NCBI RefSeq assembly: GCF_031769215.1
Contig: NW_026782393.1
Location: 434,001 to 498,000 of the forward strand
DNA length: 64,000 nucleotides
Direction: 5' to 3'
From: Ylistrum balloti
Lineage: Eukaryota
The translations under genes and the position numbers were made by a program. The notes under the pieces were generated by a model. It had not been told where the DNA came from, did not search any database, and saw only the letters and a program-made list of their open reading frames with translations. Positions within the stretch are counted from its first letter, which is position 1. Every line of letters starts with the position of its first letter. This document shows, one piece after another, positions 1-12,941 of the stretch.

Positions 1-4
1 TGAG

Positions 5-52
5 ATAAATAAATAAATAAATAAATAGATACATAAATAAATACAAAATAAA
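5..52. repeat. (TAAA)n microsatellite
   Basis: Imperfect ataa/taaa run at the window start. Confidence 0.8.
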
Positions 53-1418
53 TGAAGTAAAGTAACTGCTCCAAAATTCATTTCAGAGCGGAGGAAATAC
101 AACCGGTACCGCAGACATCTTGAAATAAGTAAATAAATAAATAAACCAGTACTATTTTTCGCGCGGTGACACATTGAATTGACCTCTGTATATTGACATT
201 CATAATAAAATGTTTCCATTTTTCATTGTAGATCGTAAGCTAGTAAAATGTTAAGATCTTAGGAGAAGATTTAAGAAGACTCTGGAAACGATTTTTCCCA
301 ACGAAACATACTCTAACCTTGTCTTAAGGTTTCCAATACAGAATAAAGTTCCAAATATAACGGAATCATAGTTTTATTGTACAAACTGTGCCAGTGCCAG
401 GAAACAAATTAACTTCATAGTTAAATGGATCATTATTCTGTACTATCGACATGAGGCACATCTTTTGTGGGCCAGAATTAAAGGTAATACGTATGGATGT
501 CACACCGACTCTCTAGAATCTAATAAGCCCACAGGAGGACGACATTCGGTAACATATTTTCAGTAAAAGATATCATGATTATGTTAGTTATATAGTACGA
601 TTTCTTTAGAAAATCATGATTTAAGACGGGACAAAAGACACACAAATGAACACATTTTAATACAATTTTAGAGTAAGATACAGCCAAACGATTGATTAAA
701 CTGCATAACAGCTATGTCGTTCTTTTAGGCTAAGGGCCGATTATTGAAGTCTAGGAAGCAACGGAGAAAATCCTTAGGGATCGGAAGAAACTAAAAAAAA
801 AAAAACTAGACAGGAGGTGCAATAAAAGAATAAAAAGATCTTTCAAATATCAGATAATTTTAGAACAGCGTTAAGCAAATGTGTATATTCTGAGCCGTGC
901 CACTATTCGAATGAATTAAAACGTGACATGCAGGATACGGCAAACTCCAGGGACTACAAGCAGTGCCTATCACTTGCTATATCTAAAATATTGTACAAAA
1001 GACACACAAGTAAATACGATAACCCCTATGTAGCTAAGTAATGATAAAAATATAATAATTCAAGCTTATTCTACCGATAACTGTAATATTAGTAAACATT
1101 CTGATAAGATAATCATTTTGATATACTGGTTATTCGGTTTTAGTTCTAGTTATAATCGTAGTATACTTATGATACTTCCAGCAAACTAATAATCCAAGTT
1201 AATTGATATCCCTAATATATTCAAAGCCCTAGTGCATGGACGTTTGTTTTCCTTATATGGATATGTACATACTCCATGTTTTATTTTCTTGGTACTTGAC
1301 TATTTTGCGCCACATATCTTTTATTGTTTGGTTTTTCTACTTTATTTATTTCTATATTTTCATCATAGTTTATTCCAGATGCAAAGACATGAATAAGTAA
1401 TCATAAAAACAGACTTAC

Positions 1419-1978
1419 GTCTTGTTTGCCATCAACGAACGAGTAGAAAATGTGAATGGTACCACGTCCATCGAACCCAGGCAAAGATTCTTTTTCGAAC
1501 ACCTCGACCATGTGACCTTTTGGCTGCACCCCTCTGACTATTCCGTAGACAACGTTACAAATAGGACATACTGGTTTAACACTGAAGCTATTTTTGGCAC
1601 ATGGCAGACACAGAACATGATGGCACTTGTTTAACTCCGTCCTTTCCTTTAGATCAATCTTTTCTAAACAAACTGGACAGTTTTCATCTGCTGGGTAACT
1701 CTTTACCATCTGTGACTTTACTGAATATCTTTCCATAAACGATTCATCCTCTCGTGTTTCTTTTTTCTCTGTTCTAAAATGGTGATTATGTTTCACTTCC
1801 GGTACAGAGTGAAGTTGTAGGCGCGTGATGACACTTTGAATTGTTTTGACAACACTTCGGTCAGGATGGACGATGTAAAGCATTCGTACACAGGGATTGT
1901 CTGCAGGATTTACGGAAAACTTCTGGATCTGCGTACATAGAAGGTCGATGACAAAATCCCTAGAGGCACCATTTCGTC
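1419..1978 (-). CDS. DTX3/DTX3L-like E3 ligase, coding exon 2: end of macrodomain, RING-HC finger and start of the Deltex C-terminal (DTC) domain
   Basis: Acceptor ttttcacattacag (AG 1980-1979); donor GAC|gtaagt (GT 1418-1417); 560 nt, phase 1 to phase 0. C3HC4 RING CPVCLEKIDLKERTELNKCHHVLCLPCAKNSFSVKPVCPIC, followed by DTC-type YGIVRGVQPKGHM and SLPGFDGRGTIHIFYSFVDGKQ. The rest of the DTC domain was not found in 1-1418, so it presumably lies left of the window. Confidence 0.9.
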
Positions 1979-2139
1979 CTGTAATGTGAAAACATATCAG
2001 ACATATGTATATTCCAGTACGCTTCATCCCACACGCTCGCCAACCCCGACATAATTCCCACATTAATTCAATTAGGGGGTCAAAACAGTTTATTTATTTA
2101 TAGTTTATTTATTTAGGGACTCACTCTCGTCTGACTTTT

Positions 2140-2330
2140 GGAAACGTTGCATTCTCCCTTCACTAACGTAGGTGTCTAGGGTTCGATTTCTAGAAAGGTA
2201 GAGACTATATACCACGTTCGACCACGTGTGTTTTCCACAATTAGTTTCCTCACAAAGTTAGACCCTCTTACGCTTCTACACGGAGCAACAAGAGAGGTTA
2301 ATATAAATTGGCAGTCAAACATCAGTGATT
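2140..2330 (+). mobile_element. Decayed tRNA-derived SINE-like fragment in the DTX-like intron
   Basis: B-box-like gggttcgatttc (~2178-2189) followed by a body resembling mollusc SINE cores (recognised from memory, not searched). Confidence 0.4.
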
Positions 2331-2691
2331 GACTTCTAGGATTCTGAATGGAAAGGAAAACCGTGAGGATGACATGGCTAAATAGCAGTTAGACGTTTCA
2401 AGAAAGGAAGAACCCAGCAACCAAGAACAAATTATTATATACCGGAATATATTCATTCCAGGTTATTTTCGCCCTTGTTCCATTATACACGAATTCGCCT
2501 CATGTTAATTGCGTTCACTAAGAATTATATAAAAAGGTGTAACAAATATTTGACCCTCTCCCCCATCTTGAATTCGCCTTCCCTTTCATGGACGAAAAGG
2601 GCAAAAAATATTAAAAATGCCCCTGTATACAGTGCTCTGCGTTTCATCAGTACAGTCAAACACTTAATTACAGAGTTATAAATTGATTTAC

Positions 2692-3931
2692 CAGTGCCAA
2701 GAAGTGGAATCGCCATAGAATTGAATCCCAGACAGTCGACCCGTTTCAAAAGTCTGCACAAGGCTTTGCTAAAATATTGACACCATGCGTCCTGGTCTAC
2801 TTCCCTTATCTTTGGAATGTTAATATGTGCCACGTTCTTACACTTCAATCTGCCTGCTCCGGGCGTGAAGATGAAATGCCAGGGTTTCAAAATCCCAATC
2901 ATGTTACTTGCTACCAGTTTTTGCTCTTCATATTTTTCACCTCCCTTGTGTGCTAGGTTTTTGGCCACCATACCAAACCCTTGAAGTGATTCATCCTCAC
3001 TCGACACGACAATGTCCACATCCAAATTTGCCATATCGCATTCTGTCGTGTTTACGCACAACTTCCATACAGGTGTCTTGGGCTTTGCCCCGTTATGATC
3101 GTTGGATTCTGCGGATCTGTTCAGAAAATTAACGGAAGCAATACTTCCGCTATGTCTATTTCCGCCTTGTTCATTTTCCTTGGATTTTTTATCTACGCCG
3201 GGTTGTTTGGATTCATACCCAGGAACACGTATTTCAGGACTTTCTGTCGTGCTGTGTTCAGTAACGCTGGCTATATCTTCATCTTCAGTTTCTTTCGGTC
3301 CTTTAAGGTCATACACAGGGACAACCACTCCGCGTTTCCCAGTCTTGATTGGGTCAGTATTTCCGGGTGTATCTTCGACGTAAGCATCTTTCGAGACTTT
3401 GAGATCAATCAACCTACTATTTCCCGACAGGTTCGGTTCAGTTAATCCAGATTTTACTCTGGCTTCGTGTCCTTCCGAATGATTTGGCTCGTGCTTGGTA
3501 TCGGCTTCCGTACTGGTATTACATTCAAACTCATTTTCGTTTGCTTTTTTCTGACCAGTCGTTATACTGCTATCTAGCGTGTTGCATGGTGTTATGCTGG
3601 ATTTGCCTTCAATTTCTGTCTCTTTCGATCTCGTTGGGTCATGCCCAAAAGTAATCTGTACATAATTTCCTATCGGGGTTTTTGCAATATTCTTCGATTT
3701 AACTTCAACTTTGGTTTCATGACCAGGAGTAATTTTTAAACTCCTTCCAAATGTGTTTTCTTTTGTCTTGCTGGAATAATCTTTTGCTGATTGTTGGTTG
3801 CGTCGAACCTGTTCAACACCCGGACATGTTTTGCTGTACCCGTTTTTCTTCTTCACCAATACAGAAAGATATGAAGTTTTTTTGCTCTTTGTTCTCTGCA
3901 CATCCTTTTCTGGCAAATTTTTACTTGCCAT
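2692..3931 (-). CDS. DTX3/DTX3L-like E3 ligase, coding exon 1: long low-complexity N-terminus plus macrodomain
   Basis: ATG 3931 has an in-frame stop just upstream and a tag/cag acceptor at 3960-3955 (5' UTR intron). Macro-like motifs DIVVSSEDESLQGFGMVAKNL, FTPGAGRLKCKNVAHINIP and SMAIPLLGTG. Donor ACT G|gtaaat (phase 1) joins in frame to the exon starting at 1978. Confidence 0.85.
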
Positions 3932-4085
3932 ACTTTTCGGGCGAAAAATTCAAACTGCTAAACAAAAAAGAATACATTTAAATGTGAACTTAGTAATGTA
4001 ATCTACTTTACATTAATTGTATAATTTTAGCATAGTCCGCATTTTTATCTAGTAGAAAACAAAAGAAAGAAATGATTTTAGCTTA

Positions 4086-4610
4086 TACGAGGGCTGATTT
4101 ATAAGTTTTTAGCAATATTTTGGAGAAGCAGGTGTGTCCTTTTTCAGCTCTTCTATTCCTTGACTATTTAAGGCTTTGTATCCAAAGACTGGTGTCACTT
4201 GGTCTGTTAATGTCAAAAAGATAGCATTCTAAAGTAATCTTTTGCATAAGACAGGTTAAGACCTAAGGATATCCATACAGTTATGTTAAAAACACCAAGG
4301 AATAATGCCCTTTTATAAAATACAGTGAAAGAGTGGGTGGCGGAATTTCAGCGTGGCAGGCAGAGCCTTGGGAATGATGCACGTCCTGGAAGGCCTGTCT
4401 CTGTTGCAATCACAAAATTGGCCAATAAAGTCCTTTATAATGGTATGGCTGACAGGTGAGTTACAGCGGGATTTTAAGCCAGAACAGCTGGAATTTCACA
4501 GGAAAGGGGACATTCCATTCTTACGGAAGATCTTGCAATGATAAAACTCTCAGGCCGTTGGACACTAAAACTTCTGACAGCTGATCACAAGCACACCAAA
4601 CGGATTTGCT
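4086..4610 (+). mobile_element. Truncated, decayed mariner transposon (5' TIR and N-terminal transposase)
   Basis: Starts TA+CGAGGGCTGATTTATAAG. Translation with stops NTVKEWVAEFQRGRQSLGNDARPGRP...GISQERGHSILTEDLAMIKLSGRWTLKLLTADHK matches the mariner HTH region and the WVPxxL motif. Confidence 0.85.
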
Positions 4611-5165
4611 AATCTGAACCTTTCAAAGGTAGATCTTTCGCACACTCCTACCACTGTTAAACATGCCAGTAAACTGCCATTTTGCAGTTCGGATAAATTT
4701 CTCCTCGATATTTTAGAGCTGATGACATGAAAACTCTACTTCCAGTTTGGTATTGTCCGTAGTGTATGCATCACGTACATGATTTAAAGATCATGGCAGA
4801 CAGATATGTATGTCAGGTTTTTGCAATTTTACCGATTCAAATTTTTGGCCGAGTGTATATAGACGATAAATTTATAGTGAATTCTCCGTGCCCAGCAAAT
4901 TTAGAAAAGTTAAAAGACTAGACAACACGAAAAATTTTAAAACATTAGCACATTCATTTCTTCTTCACATGTATTACATAGATACGTATTGTGATATCAT
5001 TCGAATCTTTTAAGTTTTATTTTCTAAATATGTGTATATATATGTATATATTTCTAAATGAAATTTGCCTTTTTATAAACTTAATTGTAAATGTTGAGAT
5101 AGGTTGTCTCGAATTTGGAATATGTGAACATAATCTTAATTCAAAATCAAATTCGATGAAACAAA

Positions 5166-5333
5166 CTATGAACAAGGGAAACATTTTCACGGAGACTCCA
5201 GAAAATATATAAGGAGAATAAGATACAATGTTCCGGAAGAGTTAGCGTCTTCTGCTTCATGGATGACATCCGCCATGTAAAACTTGATCAATCCTACTAT
5301 AAAATGTCACGTTCCCAAATGAGAACAAGGTAA
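5166..5333 (-). repeat. Dispersed repeat, probably a Penelope-like element terminal fragment (copy 1)
   Basis: Clearly similar to 14614-14769 (shared tatgaacaa, ggagactcc, tgttccgg, caaatgagaacaaggtaa). Its reverse complement resembles 17865-17890, which lies downstream of the PLE RT fragment. Confidence 0.55.
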
Positions 5334-5515
5334 ACAAACATACCTTTCATTAATTAAATAGAATAATTTTTCCTTAATATTTCACCCTTGTTATTTCGAG
5401 TTTGAATGACGATTTCGTAAACATGCATTTTTTTCGTGTTTTACTTGTACTCATTCTTGTAGACACATCACCTCATTACGTTAATTTTAGTTTTAATCAT
5501 TAAAGATTGTAATAT

Positions 5516-5739
5516 TTAAGGGCGATTCACTAGGCACAATATTTAATTTTAGAAGAGATGGGGAAGGGGAAAAAAAGAAAAAAATATGTGAAAAGTATCA
5601 AATTGTTGAAAACTGAAAATGTGATACTTGGCAGTGTTTGCAAACAATAATTAAGATTTTACACGACGTCTTGGTTTCAATATGGATTTTTTTTATATAC
5701 TTATCGCTAATTTAGAATGATTGTCCCAGTGAACTTTAA
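5516..5739. mobile_element. Possible degenerate TTAA-flanked MITE (Kolobok-like)
   Basis: ttaa...ttcactaggcacaat at the left versus attgtcccagtgaac-t-ttaa at the right; imperfect inverted termini. Confidence 0.3.
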
Positions 5740-6776
5740 TTCTTCATTACCGATCTTTCCACTCTAATGTATAAGACAAAAGCATTGGACTTCAAACATT
5801 TTCATAATGGATTGCCATGATAGATTCCAATTTTATCAATATGATTAGCATTTTTAAAGTACGTACTTGATGATTTTAAAAATTTCTAGAGCTAACTTAT
5901 CTTTCTAAAACACCTTTTATCTTATAATATTGCAGATTCATGAAATATGTACCAAGGTCTCTGAAATTGCTTGTTATATCAAAATTTGTTAATGCATACG
6001 CCAATCAAATATCAGTGCTAATGGCGCGTATATTTAATTGATCAATTTGTGTGTTATTTAAACATGTAACGTATAGCATGAGAAACAAACTTAGTAGGAT
6101 AGATTTTCGATCGGGAGTATTCATTGTGATAGATGTAAGCATATATATTTTTTTAAATATTTTTTTCAATTTTTTTCAAATTGGAAAAAAATGCAAAATA
6201 CAGGCACAAATGTACCTTTAAAATATCTTGAATTGAAATCAGTTCCATTATTTCCTTTTTATTTCAAACATTTGGTTCACTGGCAAAAATTGAATTATTG
6301 AGAATGACATCACTGGCAGTATTAAATTATATGGATAAAATAATCCACCAAAACAAAAACTTCCTGGATCCTTTGTTTACTAGCCAACGTTGAAGGTAAT
6401 ATGAACTATAATAATAACGGTTATCTAAAAGAGGAAATTAATCATTTCCTGTACCAAGGTAGCCTTAAGAGCAAAGACAGATTTTCTTATATAATGCATA
6501 TGTTACACTATTCGTTTACTTAAAAATATCATTTCCATTTAATCATAAATAACCGATAAATATCTTCGCTGTCAGTCTATCGTTTGTGTGTATGTGCAGC
6601 AGACTCTGTCGATCTGGCTATGTTGTTTATGGTTGTACAGAGAATACGTTATTCATTGTTGAAAATAGCAGCGGCTCAAATATCTTTCACAATAGCGAAC
6701 AAATAACACTATATGTACACAGTGGAAAGTAAATCTACAAAATTACAAATTAAAAACAAAAATGTATCTATACATA

Positions 6777-6915
6777 CATTTGATTGAGTAGATCCGTCCG
6801 TTCCTCCTGGATTAAGTCTAGTTTCGGTTTTACAGCTAGATAAGTACTATTTAAACTTCCGGTTCATACATATATGACCTTCTACTACAATATGTACTTT
6901 GCTGTGACGTGGCAA
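6777..6915 (-). promoter_or_regulatory. Putative promoter/first non-coding exon of the DTX3L-like gene, with ISRE/IRF-E, ETS and CRE-like motifs
   Basis: AGTTTCGGTTTT (6820-6831, one mismatch to ISRE), ACTTCCGG (6855-6862), TGACGT (6905-6910), and a minus-strand donor aat|gtatgt at 6777. Confidence 0.45.
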
Positions 6916-9900
6916 CGAAAGCGGAATTAATATAAGTAAATTATTGCTAAAACATATATCATAATTTGGACTTTATTCGGTATATAGAAGTGAAATAATA
7001 TTAAGTACTTATATTAGTTCGTCTCGTTAATGTAAAAATGGTAGATGGTATGGCATTGGTACATCTATAATGGTAATAGATGAGGACGATAAAATTCAAA
7101 GGCAAATTGTGTAACATAGTAACATAGAAAATGGTCAATGGGCTTCGTCTATATACTCACTGTCCATATTGATTCATGAAAAGCAAGATCTGCATTGTTA
7201 AGTTGTAATATATTAACGTCACTCAGGTGTGTACGTTGAGTTTTTAAATACAGTTGGAAAGGCATTCCCTTATATATGGTGTTATGTTGATTTAGATCAC
7301 ATTGTAACCAACAAGACTCCTAAGCTCTTCACAGCACGCTAATATACTGAGATGTGTTATTGTTTTCCGTCTCGTAATTTTCGTTGTAAAATAATAATAA
7401 TGTACAGTCTTGATAAAAGGGCGGAACGCCACAAAATTTCCATTTTCCTTACATGTGGTTTTTAAGATATCTTAACATTGTTCCACTCATCTGAATGAAG
7501 AAACATGTCTTGTTTATTAAAACTAGCTTAATTTTTCCGTTATAGAGGGTTACTGATGAATAACATGATATAACCTTCCCAGAATGATTCGAAGTCTTGA
7601 TGTATCGAAGTTTTTTTTGTAGTCCCTTGAGCTTCGAAACATCGAAGTTTGACTCTCTTTGCTCAATAAAATGTAACAAGCAGAGGTTTATCGCTAATAG
7701 TTGTCAGATGCGAAAAAATAACTGTGTTAACTTAATCCGTCTTTTAAAATTGACACAGCATAAGGCATTAGATAATGTTGTAAGAAAATACCATTGGCAA
7801 ATGTGCAAAATCTTAATCAAAGCCTCCAAATAGACGAAAGTAGTGGAAAAGATAAAATTCACCCAGAGACCCTTGAAATAGTACAATGATAATAAGTGTT
7901 TCGGAAGGCTAAATACTTCTGCGTGATCCAGGACAGCCGCAAAGTAAATCTTAACATACGTAAGTAATGTCGTTCAAAAATGAGAACAATTTTTTAAGAA
8001 GGCAAAAACATTTTATTAAATACATAATATACAAAGCCATTTGTATGCAATCATGTCTGCTTCGCTTACTTGACGGAAATATAAGTCACAAGCTAACATA
8101 AATTAGTAGGAAATTTCAATATTCTCATATGTCACTCAATCTCAATGTATTTAAACACTAGTATTTAGGATGAATTTGATGACAATTAGTTCAAAAGTAC
8201 CATCGAAATGGTAGGATAGCCAGGGAGAGTTTTACGTGCTGTTTCTGATATTTTTTTAAATATATTTGATGGGCACTTGTTGATGAACTCTTTAGAACTC
8301 GAGATTAACTTATAGTGTCAATAATTTATTGCTTCTTAGACAAATGAGTGTTTTTGTAACGCTGGGACAAATCTGTGTGACCTGTTGATTCCGCATTAAA
8401 AATCCATTCCAAAGATGAATTAACCCGTTCTGTACTCAAATGCTTTGGTTACACCATCAGTTGAGGCTTAATGATCTGGTTTTTACTGAAATGCAGATTG
8501 TCAGTTTTGCATATTAATATATTAAAAAATGACAATTCAGGAATAGGTGGAGATACTGTAATCCATTACCTGTTATATCTTAAAATAAATGAATTTGTTC
8601 TCTTCAAAGCATTGAAAGGATAGGCATAAAAATTAAAATTGTTACAAAACAATCGTGAACCGTTATTATGTTAAAAATACGCTAAATTGCTATACCACGT
8701 GTGGAATAACATGCATGTTTAAACGACAGTTGGAGTGATTAATTGATGTCTTGGAAGTTGAAATACATCCTCCTGTTGGGGTGAAATCAGACATTATCGA
8801 TACTTATTCCTTAAATTGTTTTCATATTTTCCCATGTTTCACTTGACCTGTCATTGATCGGTATAAAATGATTATATGGAATTTTGAAAAAAATTGATTT
8901 CAATCTAAAAACAAAATACTATAAAGTATTAAATGTTAGTATATGCTTTCATTCGTGGTTTAAGCTCAAGATGTCCTTTCTTTCGTTTATGGTTAAGTTT
9001 TACTAGAGCTGGAATTTCATGAAAAGCGTGGTTATACTTCCTTATGAAATCAATTTGTTATGATATCAGTCGTTGTCATCACAGCAAAGGTGCAGAAGTA
9101 TTAATTTCCTCTGTTGCTTACAGTATACATGTATTGATGCAACGACTGGTTCATCTCAAATTGATTATATTTCTAACCGCTGTTTGCTTCATGTACTTAC
9201 AAGGGAGTAATTATCAGCACGATCACAATGTAGTACATGGCCACAACCGTTCCTTCCTACATGACGAAAACAACCGGTGACTGTGACTATTTATGGCTTA
9301 ATGCCTGAAAACTACAAAAACATTATCCCTGAATAAATGTCACTGATATCTTATAGTCAAAAGTAAAATTCATTGAATTGTGTTATATAATGGTGAATCA
9401 ATATAAAATTATGCTGACAGGGTAGCTGAGAGGGGGCGAAGGACCAATACTGTTAATAGATAAGACTCAAAAGAAATGACAGTAAACTGATAATATAAGA
9501 AGTTTGGAACGAGTTGATGATTAAAGTTAATCTCGAATTAGATCATAAATCAGTTCAATAATCCAGGAGGATTCAGAGCAACAGAGTTTTAGTGCAAACT
9601 GTTTGAATGGAACGCATCTCTATCGTAGTGGATGGTACATACGTTGTAAAATGATAATGTAGATGTATAAATTAGTCTGAAATATTGTTGTTAATCGCCT
9701 TAAGCATTTGGCAATATTCCCTATCATTATCACTATTTTTCAATGCATGTCACGTATTGGAAACTATGACGTCACAATGGAAACAATGGGAGCATTCAAC
9801 TAGTCACAGCTACAAAAGGTCATATCACACGTGTGTCATAGCAAAAAAAAATTAATGGGTGCTAGTAGGCGCTTTTTCATCTAAAATCACTTCATATATA

Positions 9901-10205
9901 ACATACTCTCCAGAGCAAAGGGGATGACGTATCTTTCCGACTGATAAGATAACGACAGCACCACATGTGGTCTCGGCTCCTGAATTAATACAAATCACCC
10001 AAGATACACGTCAAATTGCATACGATTTATTAATTTGAATTTTCATCCGATACTGAAGCGAATCTACAAATCAGACCTAGAACTATCCATGACATACTGA
10101 TGTAAATCTACAACTAAGTTCTAGATCAGTCCTATTAGAATAACTATATATCTCTAGGTTCACCATAAAAGCAGTCAGTTTTCTCCATCTAATCAAGATA
10201 CCAAA

Positions 10206-11459
10206 CTATTTGTTATACACCAATATAAAACCAGCAATCAGTCCGATCACAACCATTTCGGAGGTTACAAACAGAACATTGTCAATGAAAGTAACAATGT
10301 CACCCTTTTCAAGATCCGTTTGGTCATCAATAAAGCGTTTTATATTCTTGTAGTATTTCGGATCATTGTTGAAGTCCTCTGGCACGTTGTCTGTGGGGGC
10401 GTTTGAAACCACTGATTCTATATTACAGATTTCACGATCTTTTATCTTAAATCGCAAAACAATTCGTTTCAACCATCCTGGAAATTGGCTCACACTTGTT
10501 TTTGCATCCCAGCGTAGACTGAAAATTGTTAGTATTATCAGTACACAGCTGAATAACATTGCGACAAGTAGAAAGTAGGAAATTCCCGCCATCGGTTCGG
10601 ATACCTTTGGCATACTATCACTAACGATTGTCATGTATACAGCCAGAGACAGAAACATGGTGATGCTGTAGGAGATTCTCTCACCAGATGCGGCCGGCAG
10701 GAGAAACACAAATGGATGCAGGAAACACAGTATATACACGGGCATTATCATGGAAAAGATGAAGTATACTGATTTTCTTGTCAAAGAAATTTTATACTCG
10801 ATGACACTGCTTTCATCGCTTTCAGGCATGTTTGCTGAGATACTCTCAACATTCCATTCACCATTTGGGCTTAAATACTGCATGTTGTATCGTGGTTGTA
10901 AGAATGAAAGCTGTATTTCTGAAGCAACATAGCCCCATGGTACTATCAATAAAGAACACTTCTGTGAGTCGTTAGGGAAATTTGTCATATCAATTTCACA
11001 AGTTGATCTTATCATCTTTCCTGGGTTTACAAGAATGTAACCGGAATTATAAATTCTTGCATCAAAATCAGAGATATCAAATTTTTCCATGTTTGCCGAA
11101 GAGGATAACAGAAAAATTTTCGGTGCCCAAATCTTCGAAGAATTCACCATTACAGTTTGTATACCGCCATAGTCGTCTGGTTGCCAAGACAACCTGAAAT
11201 CCTTCCACAGCATATTGAGTCCTCCACTCAAAGTTATAGAACTAGCCAGTTCGTCAACATCGAGAATGGAGAAAAGAAAAAGAGTCGTGTTTACTAGAAC
11301 TGTGTCCTCCAAGTTCCTAGCGGGACGTAAATCTCTACTGTAGTTAGAGAAGATATTATCCATCAGTCGAGTCATGTGCTCGAAGGTTCCGACAGCATAC
11401 TCTATCGGGAGGCACTGTAATATCATAACTAGGATAAGGAGGGATTTATTTACCTTCAT
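10206..11459 (-). CDS. nAChR-like Cys-loop ligand-gated ion channel subunit (non-alpha type), single coding exon, 417 aa
   Basis: First ATG is at 11459 (the track start is TTG). Signal peptide; Cys-loop CEIDMTNFPNDSQKC; four TM segments; cation-type SGERISY before M2; no vicinal cysteines in loop C. AATAAA at ~10031-10026. Confidence 0.93.
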   Translation of the reverse strand: MKVNKSLLILVMILQCLPIEYAVGTFEHMTRLMDNIFSNYSRDLRPARNLEDTVLVNTTLFLFSILDVDELASSITLSGGLNMLWKDFRLSWQPDDYGGIQTVMVNSSKIWAPKIFLLSSSANMEKFDISDFDARIYNSGYILVNPGKMIRSTCEIDMTNFPNDSQKCSLLIVPWGYVASEIQLSFLQPRYNMQYLSPNGEWNVESISANMPESDESSVIEYKISLTRKSVYFIFSMIMPVYILCFLHPFVFLLPAASGERISYSITMFLSLAVYMTIVSDSMPKVSEPMAGISYFLLVAMLFSCVLIILTIFSLRWDAKTSVSQFPGWLKRIVLRFKIKDREICNIESVVSNAPTDNVPEDFNNDPKYYKNIKRFIDDQTDLEKGDIVTFIDNVLFVTSEMVVIGLIAGFILVYNK

Positions 11460-12941
11460 TCTCAACTGTTTTAAGCTTACTACCTTAAGATGCCACTCTG
11501 AATAGGATTTTCGATATCATCCGACAACGAGAGTCACACTTGGTTCACTTCATATAGGCTCCTAAAAATGGATGAAATGCATTGAATAATATTTAATTTA
11601 ATTTAAGAATAGATATAGAATATTTTTTCAATTATATCACTATGATGACCGTAAAGTTTCCCCGTAATTTGCATCAACTTGCATCTTTTGAAACCTCATG
11701 TTACGAGTTTGTCCGTCAATTGACATTTTTCAGGAAAATTGTGATGATTGGAACAAGCCCTTAAATATCGGGAACTGAAACATGTACATACCCAAGGTTT
11801 GGGATGTTGGTAAGTAATTTCACGATCACAACTAATTTCATATCACACAAGAAAACAACTAAATGGTAATAACGGTCATTCTATAACAAAATGAATAATA
11901 TCTGAACTGGAGCAATATTACTAACCATTTTAAACGGTATCAAGATGAAGATTTATTCAAATATGGACTGTTACTGACCTTGCGGTAACAAAAAGGTTCG
12001 GCTGATCCTACTTGTCTACAGGCCATAACGAACGATAAGTTACAACCCTATCGAATGAGAAATCAGTTTCGGCTTGATCGCTATCTTTATGGGTTGCCAT
12101 GGAAGCAACAATAATTATTATCAAATAGGATTTCATATCAAATTAATTACTTTCACATTCAGAATCATGAGAATAATGTCAAAAAAATATTCAGAATCAC
12201 AGAGGGACTATTGTTAAAATACACTCTGAATTAGACAGCAGAAATCATGATAAGATTATTTCCTGTAGGAAAAGATCGAGATGATCGGCTAATGTAGAAG
12301 AGCCTACGAAATACGTTTTTTTTTTTTTTTTGTCATAGAGTTTCCATGAGGGTACCAGTAATCTTGAATTTGTAGTGCTGAGTGCAATTTTAAACGACTA
12401 CTTTGTTTAATTTATATTGCTCAATGGAAATTTGAAGAATGATGAATAAAACAGAAAAGGAAGGAAATGTAGAATGGACATATCGCTTACGGTCTTATAT
12501 GCGCATGATTTCTTTTTCTTTTATTCAATATAGCGTAGTAAGTATGCTAATTGTAAGCTCTTAGCTAAAATTCATTGTGATATTTTCTTAGCTTTGGAGT
12601 GTTTTAATGTGGAATATATTTTACTGGTTGTTTCGGGATACGACTAATACCATTATTATGGGGGCACACAAGTTAAACCTCCCGTATGTTGTTCAGTGAT
12701 TTAGCCACCAACTTCTTCAATGAAATCCTTCCTTAAAATCTTAAAATGATAAAATAAACATGACAATCTTATCCTAAAAAAGAGACGACGTCGAAGTTGC
12801 TGTTTGAACAATATTACGATGTCACCGCAACATTAAAATGAGTTATGATAATCTGCTCCATGTTTTCAAATAGACCAATATGTTGCCAATCACTTGCATG
12901 CTATTGGATGACTTATCTGCTCACCTACTCAGTATGATAAA

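Noticed and set aside
2908-4001. Several plus-strand ORFs (2908, 3095, 3102, 3751, 3798; also 1422 and 10366-11197)
   Set aside because: Antisense shadows of real minus-strand exons with no recognisable domains.
12093-12106. RFX X-box-like GTTGCCATGGAAGC in the receptor gene 1 leader intron (would suggest ciliated sensory cells)
   Set aside because: One half-site is mismatched and there is no counterpart in gene 2; not distinguishable from chance.
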